From the NCBI GenBank assembly GCA_040357565.1, contig JBDODJ010000082.1: a stretch of DNA of 47,462 nucleotides; one strand, 5' to 3'. Positions 37,350 through 47,462 of this stretch are shown one piece after another (the first letter of the stretch is position 1; each line of letters starts with the position of its first letter). The notes beneath the pieces were generated by a model that was not told the DNA's origin, did not search any database, and saw only the letters and a program-made list of their open reading frames with translations. A program made the position numbers and the translations under genes. Origin of the DNA: Cercozoa sp. M6MM (taxonomy: Eukaryota > Protista > Endomyxa: Ascetosporea).

Positions 37350-38280
37350 TCAGTGCTCCTGGAACGTCTTGAGAATGTCGGTAAGAGTGACAATGCCAAT
37401 GGGTTGATTGTGAATATCTGTGATCCAGAGACGGTGCAGCTTCTATTTTACCGTCGCACGTGAAAGTACTCAACATCGACCGCAATCAGACACTATTTCC
37501 ACAATACCATGGCAGCGCAAATCTCAAGCGCCGAGCGCACAGTGGAGTGCGCAGCGAGCGTCAGCACGCCTGCGTTTAGCACAGAAACACTTCATGACTG
37601 AAAGCTACGAAACACCAAAATCAAAGCGTACGACGGAAGCGGGACTCCTGGTTCTTCTCGAGGAATTGCATCACGTTCTGTCCCTCCAATTCGCGGCGAA
37701 AGTTGTCTGCGTAGGGATTGATCCATGCAAAGAAAAGGGAAAGCAACTGTAATCATGCCAGAAGCACCTGCATGAAGTAGACGCACGTCTGTTGCCGACA
37801 TTGTGGCACGAAGTTCTTTGGTCTTGCGGTCGACAACGCCAACGGCCTGGTGGTGCTGATCGTACATCTTTTTGAAGGCAAACAGCGCCGGATCGTCTGT
37901 TTTCACAAAGTACCGTAATTTGATGGTTAAGGAAACTGAGCAAAAGGAAGAAAAGACTAAATACCAGTGTAAACGAGCTGATTGCGGAAGTGGCGAAGCG
38001 ACTCTTCATTTTCGTCAAAGCAGCAACCGATCTGACGGAGTGTGTCGTTGAGGTTCGTCCACGGATGCCCAGGGCAGTCGAGGTGACGGGCCAAAAACAC
38101 ACTGAATTTACGTTCATACAAAATCGCTAGAATATGTGGGAAGGAAGCGGGATGAAGAAAGATGAGAAATAAAGGGACTGATACATCACATCCGATTGCG
38201 TGACAAGGCGTGGCACAGGACAGTCAGTGTCATCCACGACCAACCGATGCTATCAACAAAGAACATATATAAATAAATAA

Positions 38281-38313
<33 letters not shown>

Positions 38314-39067
38314 ATATACACGGGGACAATAAAATTACATTTTCGTACCTCACCGTGACAAAACGGAAGCAAGCAAAGGGACAAACGCATGTCCGGAGGC
38401 ACAACAAGGGAAACCTTTGCGTTGTTGTCTCGCTCAAGTGCAAGGACCTTCTTGTTCGGCTTGGGTTTCCACTCCTGCAGTCCAAATAACCAGACGCTTC
38501 AAGGTCGGAAGTATACTATAACCAAACTCACCTTGGACACACGCATCGGTCGGAGATCGTCGCGTGCGAGCGTTTCGGGGTCGAAACACAAATAGTGGAC
38601 GAGGTCGGCCACAGTCACTGCGACAAAGAGCACGACTGGTCTCAGAAGAAACAGAGCATCTGCTGTATGGACAAATAATACTGTACCAATGGTGTCCACA
38701 ACAGGGTGCCCATTTTCTTCGTGGCAGATTGGCAGAGCTTGCAAATGGTTTTCACGCATGATTTGCATTGCATCCGACACAGTCACGTCGGGGCCAGCAG
38801 CAATCAGCTCGCGCTCCTTGTGAATCTCGTCGAGCACATCGCGTACTGGCATCTTTAGCTTGTCTTGCGTCACATTAGAAGCAATGGCGTGAATGGTACC
38901 GTCGATTGAGTGCTTTCGCATCTGCGAGGTCAGCTGCACTCCAGTACAAGTACCCGTAAAAGAGAAACTCAATGGAAAAAAGCAAAATGGCAGTTTACCG
39001 TTAGACCTTTTGGCAGATCACCATACGACGACGAGCTCGCTTCTGAGTTCTTTTGCTCCACTGACAT
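37350..39067 (-). CDS. Four-CBS-domain protein (SNF4/AMPK-gamma/Sds23-like)
   Basis: Spliced DVTVSDAMQIMRENHLQALPI, VTVADLV, HRLVV..LVTQSDV, AFKKMYDQHHQAVGVVD..MSATDVR, LHRLWITD..PIGIVTLTDILKTFQEH*. Confidence 0.85.
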
Positions 39068-39326
39068 GCCTGCTCAGTAAATGGCGGCTCTCAGGTAGCT
39101 AGCCGACCGACTGATTGCAAAAAATGCATTTGGCCGATTTTTGAGAATCCACGCGGACGATCGATTGATACCAATTGCAACAGAAAGCACAAGAAAGGCG
39201 TGCGTGCACGTGATATACACACTGTCCATGTGATTGTCATAAGGCCGGCCAACAAAGTGCGTAGAGTAGTTAACGACTTCACGTCGAACTGGGTGCGTCA
39301 AACAAACTAGACGGAGTTGTAAATTT

Positions 39327-39470
39327 AATTACGGGGGGGGGGGGGCATAGTTGCGCATAATTACGCCGTAATTACGCTACAATATGACTGGCAATTACGC
39401 GTGAATTACGTCAAGATTACGCTTGAACTACGTCAAGCTTATGCATGAATTACGGGGGGGGGGGGGGGCA
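39327..39470. repeat. AATTACG heptamer cluster bracketed by two direct AATTAC(G)nCA units
   Basis: aattacggggggggggggggca-type units at both ends with several (A)ATTACG copies between. Confidence 0.75.
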
Positions 39471-40177
39471 GCCTTGCGTCAGGACGACGCACGGCTGGGT
39501 CGAAATCCAAACGTTTGCGCAAGACGGCGACGAAGCTCTCGTCCAAAGGAGTGGTCTTACGATCTGGGGGAATTAAAGTACGCATTGTTCTTCATGATGT
39601 CGAACACGGGCATCTGCAAAGTCACTAGAGCAAAAAGGCTCGTATAGCATAAGTTAAATTTAGACGAACATGGATAATCAAACCGCTCCGACCCATAGCT
39701 CATAGAACAGGCAGCGGTCTGGCATAGGTATTGCAGCAGATACCTTGGGCCTCGTCGGTTGCCATGGAATTTAGCATTATAAATTAACTAAGTATCCTGC
39801 CAACGGTGAGTTCAACTGCATCTCCAGCACCTGCTTCACTGCCCATGAAGGCGAATTCCCAGACAAAAAACTAATGCTGCAATCGATTTTCCTGTTTTGG
39901 CAGTGGCTTAGCGTCACTATAATTCCTGGTGTAATGTTTTCTACTAATGTAAAATTATGCTGAGCTCATAAAGCGACCAACGTAAGCAACGCAAGTTGCC
40001 AAATGAAGCTAAATACGGCCGTAATCACGCTGCTGTACCCTGGTTCTCCAGGGCATCCGGTCATCCGGAGAAGTGAGTGGAACGTTAGGCACTACTTTAT
40101 ACGGCACTGCAAATCTGCAACAGCTTAAAGCGATCGCCAGCTCTCCCCCAGACGGGCCAGTCCGAGTGCACGGCAGT

Positions 40178-41142
40178 TTACGGAAGCGGAACAAAGTGAC
40201 AGCCGAGAAGTCCTCGGCCGCTCCATTGCTGAGGACGCAGAGAAAGCGCAACGTGTTCGCTGCCTGTGACAGTATATTCTTCAGTTCGAAAAAGCAGACA
40301 AAGTGAAAGGAAAGCAAAAGCGAAAACACCTCGTCGCACCACACACAGCACGCGCGAATTCTCGCTGGAGCGCACAATGCCTGCAGCCAGGAGAAGCAAT
40401 CTCAGAAGGAAATACCAAAGCTCGCACTGTACCAGCCAGAACAGCCGCATCGAACGTGTCCGTGAGTGAGCCGAACTGAATGACGTGATCGTTGACTTGT
40501 AGTCCAGCCTACAGGCATGGCATACATTAGCAGCTCCGACAACATTCAGTTCTCGTCAGTCAGAGCAAATTACTGAGAAAGCAGGCGAGTCGGCCGACAC
40601 TTCGTCAATCAAGGCGAAAGCTCGCATTTCGGCGGCATTCGAGGGCACTCGCGGGTGCTCCAAGGCATCTTCGGTTTTTTCCTCGGCACTGCGGACGTCG
40701 GACGCACTTGTTGTTGCCCTAAAGCACAGGTCGGCGAGTAGAACATCCGAGAAACACGAGTTAGTACCTCGATCCAGAGCTGTCCCAGTTGAGCACGTGT
40801 TGCTCCAACTGACGCATCACGCGCCGATAGTCGTTTTGAAGCATGGCGACCTTGTGCCGCACCGTTCGGATCAGGTAAACATCAATATCAGATCGCGGAA
40901 AGCCTGCTCACCACACATACTGGGAGAGAACACAGTACGACTTGAGTTACCTTCAGCGTCCACCAGTGGCGGCATCGAGTGCCGGTCGACACCGCGAAAC
41001 TCTGGCGGAATCGTTTGCAGCAGCGACGTGATCTCTCCCTCCTGCGGGAGCAAAAACAACCATGCTTCATTTGAGAAACGTTTGGGAGAAAAAGCACCAG
41101 AGCGTCACGCTGACGCATTAATGCCTGGACTTCTGGCTTCAT
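40178..41142 (-). CDS. PSMD9: 26S proteasome assembly chaperone PSMD9/Nas2 (N-domain + PDZ)
   Basis: Spliced PLVDAE|GFPRSDIDVYLIRTVRHKVAMLQND, AFALIDEVSADSPA..AGLQVNDHVIQFGS, LSLRPQQWSGRGLLGCHFVPLP*. Confidence 0.93.
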
Positions 41143-41361
41143 TTGAGTATTAGCACGCTGTTACGCACTTTTAAATCTCTACTCGGGACGAATGTGGTGT
41201 AGCAAAAAGTCTGTGAGTCAAAACGCGGGGTATGGCGGTCGAAAACCCCCGTCATACCCTCAAAACGCAAATCGAAAGTGAGTCGACGGGAGTAAACAAA
41301 CATCGCACGAACAACAACTGAACGTGAATGCAGAAGTAGCTCGAAAACTGTGCGCCAGTCC

Positions 41362-42603
41362 TCACCACGCGCAGTGCAGCAGCGTCAGTAGCGTCAGCAG
41401 GAGTGACGCCACAGAGGACATCTGCACCGCACCGTCATCATCATCGTCCTTGTCGTCGACAGGCTGTGTAGTGCTCGGCGGCTGAGTCGTCGGAGGGGGC
41501 GACGTGTTACCCAAACGGCAGGCCGTTGCCACACTAAATTAAATGGGACTCTTTATTAAACAGAGAGGGTAAGTACAGTACAGTGGTAAATTGTTGATAC
41601 CGCAGCGTGGGCATGTCGGCCTTTTGCGTGTCCGAGTTGCGCACAACGAGTGCTCCCTCGGGTGCCACGTGCGTCAGTTCCTCCAGATGAGGCAAGTGCA
41701 CAATCACGCGGTTGTCCGGAGGATTGCACACACTACGAGGCAACTCAAACTCATGGGGATGGACACATATGAGTGGGAAAGAGTACCCGTTGTGAGTGTA
41801 GACCAAGTCAATGTTGTCGCACGTCGCCGTTCGGCAACATCACGTGTGCCTACAGTCGATGTATATGTCGGCATACTCCCCCCCATGCAATGAGCGTACA
41901 GTGAGCGCGTGCAGTAGTGCAGACGACATGTGTTCCGCCAGAGAGTTGTTCGACGGCAATGGCGCGGCAAAGTCACCCTGCAGCATCAATCAGTTGACAG
42001 ACAAAGAAGATACAGAGGTGGAGTGCAAGTGAACATACCACAAGCTGACTGACTTCCGAGGTTTCGTGCACATTGACAACAAAGGTCAACACATCATCCT
42101 CTTGGTTCACGCCCTCGATTACCTGATGAGACAAAAATCGTTGATGTATAATCGTCGGTGTGACCGGGTATCAACAAGCGATAAGAGGGTACATCGCCAC
42201 GTCGCACTAGGTCGAGCAAGTATGCACCGAACTCGTGATCGCCCAGCAGCACAGCAGTGTCCTGAAAGAAGGGACGCACTTGCTTGGTCAGACCCGTGAA
42301 CACCCAGTCTCCCTAAAGAAATGCAAGCGTGAGCCGTATTGGTCTCAATGTGCAGTCATCATGTAGCTACATTGGCAGTGGCGTTTCGCACATGCGTCTC
42401 CACATAAGCACTCGGCGCGAATGGAGACACTTGCACACGCGATACCTCACAGGCACTGCCACTCGCACGTGCCGTGAGAGTCTACGCCGGGATCGTTTAT
42501 CAAAGCACATGTACAAAGCAACACAACGCTTACGAAAGAGTCGTGCGCCGTGGTGACATCAAAGCGGCACTCTAAGTGGCTCTCTTCCTGCACACTAGGT
42601 GTA

Positions 42604-42657
<54 letters not shown>

Positions 42658-45448
42658 AGACACAGACACAGACACACACACACGGACACACACACACACA
42701 CACACACACACGAGCAAAGAAGCACCTCAGGCGTCAGCAGCGCCGTATACTTGTCGACCAGCACGTTGTACTTGCGCAGTTGCACACGTGCCCAGCGGTC
42801 CTTGGACAAGAAGCGGAAGAGGGAGGCTTCGACCGTAGGAGCAATCGGCATGGCCCAGTCCCTGGGAGGTCACAAGAAACGTACTGTCTCTCCACTCCCC
42901 TACTCTATGGAACACGGAACACGGTACGAGTAGGCCAGCTTGGAACGACACTGCAGTTTGTCCGCATCGTTGGCGTGTCGCTCTTCGAACGACGTCCAGT
43001 CTACCACAATGCAAGGAGAAATTTTTACGAAACGCGACATTCAGATTGACTCGGAGCAAATACCACTGGGCGAGCACTCATCTATGTTGTACGTGTGAGC
43101 ACCAACAGCGGCATCATCGTAGCTGGCGAAAGTAGCAGCCAACAAGGCGCACACTCCGTCTGTTAAAAAGCGAGGTATCAAAAGACCTAGGCGACGGACG
43201 AATGCAAGAACACATACAGCCAGATAGCTCGTTGAGCACGATCGAAGTGAAGGCATTGTTGCACATTCGAATGCGCAGAGTGGCATCGCCGTTGTTGAGC
43301 AGCTTGCTGCATCAATCATCGTGGTATTTGTCAATACCTCAGTGCAAGAAGATTTTACACATCAGGCACGGTCAGTTTGAGCGAATCGACTCGCGTTGCC
43401 GACACTGCCGACAGCACCATCGCCGGTTCTTCCTTACTGTCACACTCCCGATATCTCACTCAATGCAGGAACCGTCGAAGTCAGTACCTGTAGACAAAGT
43501 CGGGATGCGCCTCCCAATTCACGTCGAAACGCGAGAAGCGCTCAATGCCGTCCAGGTGCACTCGCAACACTAATTGAGGGTATTGGAAAGGCAAGCAGGG
43601 GACAAAGTCAAGAGGTCTCGGTACAAGGCGGCATGTGCACGAGCTTAATGTCGGCCGAACCTACAAGAAACTTTGATACACTAAGCTGAAGACACCAGTG
43701 CCAATCTACCCCTCAATTTGAGCCAGTGCAGTGGCCCCAGAACCGAGTGCAACCACGCCGACCAGGCCTCGACCACGTGCGCGTGCACCCAGGATTGTCT
43801 GCATGCACACCATACAGAAGAACAACACACATACAGAGTGTCTGATAGACACAGAGTATCGATACCCCCAACGGCGAGACACCTCCAAGTCAAGAGTCAG
43901 CGTGTCCGTGGCCGAGCGCGCAATCGCATCGAACAGACACACCACACCCTCGCGCAAATCCTCCGTCATAGTCTACGTACACTCTTAAAATAACCCCATG
44001 TGCACATGTGAGTCAAACTGTGAGTCATACAGTGTCAGGCAGTCCAGTCGGCAGCGCGAACTTCATGTCCAACAGAATCGTCACACTCACCGAGGGTGCC
44101 TAAACTTCACATATCAGTGCACTTTCAAGTCTCAAGAGTGGATTTATACTTACCATCTTGACACTCTTGCCACAGAAGGCATCCTTCACGATCTTGCCGT
44201 ACTGTTCAGACAGTCAAAAAGACATATTGAAGAGGTCGTCTTAAAAGAAAGCAGATGACGGTACGACAGGTTTCGTGCCGAGTCTCTCGGAGAACTCGAG
44301 GTGCACTCGTCGAAGTGCGCCCGACGTGGCCGGAATCACCGTGACGTTGTCCCTGCGACACCTCTCGTAAATTATACATGTACCTAAGTTCACATCCAGA
44401 AATGTCACAGCGTACACATGGTTCGGCATCGTTGTGATTGGCTTGAACGACACCTCGTTCGCCTTGCTGATGTCGAGTTTAAGTGTCTGACAAAACAAAC
44501 AATGCAAACTGACACCCCCAAGCGAGCTATGCAAGCATGGTACGCCATTGACTCTGTCCGGCAGCGATACAGAGGAACCCGAGACCTCGAGATGCTCCAC
44601 GTTGGCACTCGTGTACACGTACCTGTATCACACGAAAGAATGGAATAGTCTACGGGTGGGGGAGATGGTAAAGTACTACCCTTGCGTCAAGGCAGGCACA
44701 CGCAGTGACTTGACAGACGTCGTGACACGCACATCTCGTGCCGACACCAGTTGCTACAACGACTTGTACTGAAGAGTGCAAGTACAGTCAAAGGAGAGGA
44801 TACCTCGAAAGCAAAGTCGCCCAGTGGGTCACGACCAGCCTGCACGAACACGGCCTGTTTTGTAAAAGCAAGCGACGAGTTAACCGGCGTCATTTCCTAC
44901 GGAGAAGGGGTGTAGAAAAACAAGAAGTGTCTGTGTAACAAACAACAGCAAAAAGAAGTACCCTCAGGAACGGGTTGATAGCATCGTCCGTGAAGTAGCG
45001 GTAGCGCTTCCTGCCAAAACCGCCGCCGTGCATCAGAGTGCTCACCAAGTGCGCGTTCGACTCGGCATCCTCCAGTGGCCACACGCACGCTTTCTGAACA
45101 CGCAAATCAGACCGATACACCTGCAGCCACGGCACTTATAAAAACAGCAATCACAGAGAGTACAGAGAGAATGAAGCCGTCGCAGTCGGCGAGTTTCTCG
45201 TGCTCGAACGACGACTCAGTCACGTTGGCACTAGTGACCTGTGATTGCGATGAAAGGTACATCGCAAACAACAGAAACAGTCAAGGTACATTGCAAACTG
45301 TGAGGCATTCGCGAGGCACTGGCACGTTGAACACGCCCTAGATACAGCTCAGTCATCACGTTGACACGGAAACAAATAAATGTTCAATTACAGAACCGTG
45401 CGCACTACGAGCAAGCGCGCCGAGTAACGCAACCGCTAGTAAACGCAT
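41362..45448 (-). CDS. Large multi-exon secreted, probably GPI-anchored orphan surface protein
   Basis: First exon MRLLAVALLGALARSAHGS looks like a signal peptide; last exon has a P/T stalk, an acidic run and the hydrophobic tail DGAVQMSSVASLLLTLLTLLHCAW*; many short same-strand exons lie between. More than one gene cannot be excluded. Confidence 0.65.
42605..42711. repeat. Compound (CA)n/(CAGACA)n microsatellite, intronic
   Basis: Directly visible. Confidence 0.95.
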
Positions 45449-45607
45449 GCCGCACACTCGTGCACTGCACTAAATATAGCCGTGTGTGCGTTCTGCGCTA
45501 CAGGCGTTTCGCATGACCACTACACTCAAAGATCAGCAGCCAAACCATGGCCTGGAGTTTTTGCTCGCAAGACGACATAGAGTACAGGACAGTAGGTAAT
45601 CGTAGTG

Positions 45608-46336
45608 ATGATTTCGCGGCGTGCACATGATTTGCAAAACGGTTCGGGTCAATTCCCGGTGGTACAATTTGTGCTTGGTCTGCCAGTTTGTGAACTCCAT
45701 TAGTTTACATGGAGTTACAGTACCTGGCTGAGCATTTCTCTCGCGTGTCTGCGCCCAGTGATGGTAATTGTGTTGCCCAATTGTACAAGATGCTTTCGTT
45801 GGTTGACTTGAAATATGCAAAGGCTTGTCGTATATCCCGTTCTGCGTCGCCGAGAATGTAAGTATCCTCCGCGTTTCTTGTGTCGGTGTGCTAGTGTGAC
45901 CCGAGCGTGTAGAAACTCATGTTCGACACCATTCAAGAGAAGCTGCAACAGGCCAAGTTCACTGGTGTTCTTTTGTTTGACATCGTTTGTACACAGTTTG
46001 TTCACACAGTTTTTTGTTTATGTGGCACAGAGGAGCACACTGGCTATCACGACATGATCGTGCACTTGCTTTTTTTAATACTGTTGTGAGTGTGCGTGCA
46101 GTGCAATGATAAATGTCTGCGAAGGGCACTCCGAAACTGCGTGAACTGATGGCCAAACTGCTCGAGAAACGTGTGTGCAAAGTGCCCGTTAGTGCCGATG
46201 AGGTCAAAGCTGAGACATACAAAGTCAGGTGTGTGCGAACTCATTGGTGTGTGTGACGAAACAGCTCGTTCTCTCCAACGGATGCGGTACGACGCTGGAG
46301 CAACTGTTCTGGGCCATCTGTGATGCTGTAACTCAT

Positions 46337-46372
<36 letters not shown>

Positions 46373-47339
46373 TATATATGTATATATTATCTTTTATTAT
46401 ACAATACAGGGCGAGGAGGTGATGATCCCAGCGCCCTACTATGCCGGGTTCGAGATGGACCTGTGCAAGCGCGATCAGCTGTCGCTGCTGACGTGTGACA
46501 CCAGCGCGGACGACGGGTTCCGACTCGACATTGAGCGCATCAAGGAGACCTACGCGAACGCGTCCAAGGTACCTCTCTACTCGTACTGGTTCCTTGTATC
46601 TTGTTGATTTGCATTTGTCTGTAGAAGCCGTCGGCGTTTCTGCTGACGTCGCCGTACAACCCGGTGGGTCGTGTACTGGCCGAAGAGGAAGTGCGTGACC
46701 TTGTTCGCTGGGTGCTCTTGGTACCAGATGCTTTACGGTTGAAGACTGCACCACTGTGATGCATATGCATATCACTGTGATGGCGCACCTTGGTGATGGT
46801 GTGACAGGAGACGCCAATGCACCTGGTGTCGGACGAGATTTACGCTCTGTCCGTGTACGACGAGGAGGCCGAGTTCGTGTCGAGTGCCGCCATTGTGCAG
46901 CAGGAGATTGCACAGGGCAGCATGTCGCACGAGGTGTGGCAGCGTGTGCACATCACATACGGCATGAGCAAGGACATGTGTCTCTCGGGCTACCGCGTGG
47001 GCGTTTTGTTCACCAGGAATGCAGCTGTGCGTCAGGCCATTGCTGGTACCCTTTGCCTCTCCCTTCGTGCTGACATGCTATGTCTGCAAAGGCAATGCAT
47101 ACTGGCACGCCATCGGTGGTGCCGTCGAGGCACACTGCGAGTCCTTCTTGTCCGACGACGACTTTCTCGATGCCTTCTTGCAGGTGAGTACACCTCCAAG
47201 TCTACTATGTTGTACTTGTGACCCGTTGGCATTGTCGACAGGAGTCGGCCGACAAACTGCGTGCCAGGGCGAAGCGAGTCGCTGAGATCTTTTCCATGCC
47301 GGCACCTGCTCAGGCCGGTCTTTTCGGTACACTTGCATC

Positions 47340-47420
<81 letters not shown>

Positions 47421-47428
47421 CCCATACA

Positions 47429-47462
<34 letters not shown>
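45608..47462 (+). CDS. ACC-synthase-like PLP-dependent aminotransferase (class I/II), 3' truncated by the window
   Basis: Spliced MISRRA..YIPFCVAEN, GTPKLRELMA, LVLSNGCG, IPAPYYAGF, LTSPYNPVG, HLVSDEIYALSVY and the PLP-lysine motif VHITYGMSKDMCLSGYRVG. Confidence 0.9.
47341..47462. repeat. (CA)n microsatellite, probably intronic
   Basis: Directly visible; runs to the end of the window. Confidence 0.95.

Noticed and set aside
39470-39620. Minus-strand fragment FVAVLRKRLDFDPAVRRP resembling kinase subdomain XI
   Set aside because: No other kinase motifs or coherent exon chain nearby; too short to support.

Overview
Gene-dense, intron-rich eukaryotic DNA, most likely from a protist; the lineage cannot be fixed from this window alone. 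Introns are short GT-AG introns, very often with GTAC donors, so the ORF track fragments almost every gene. All gene models below were spliced and recognised by eye, with no database search. In order: aspartyl-tRNA synthetase with an N-terminal presequence (-); LTA4H-type M1 aminopeptidase (+); WWE-PARP (-); coiled-coil orphan (+); UPF1/SEN1-family SF1 helicase with degenerate ATPase motifs (-); rhodopsin-like 7TM receptor (-); EXPERA/EBP-like ER protein (-); coiled-coil protein (-); three tandem orphan paralogs with a C-terminal NLS (-); Sfi1-like orphan (-); zf-4CXXC_R1 protein (-); small secreted orphan (+); bZIP factor (-); CBS-domain protein (-); PSMD9/Nas2 (-); large GPI-anchored orphan (-); ACC-synthase-like aminotransferase (+, runs off the end). 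The main finding is the bZIP gene. It carries two CAG|CAG stem-loops bounding a 26-nt non-spliceosomal intron (36182-36207), whose removal swaps a hydrophobic tail for an acidic activation domain. This is the XBP1/HAC1/bZIP60 IRE1-splicing architecture, here in an apparently protist genome, with tandem TGACGTCA sites in the gene's own promoter.
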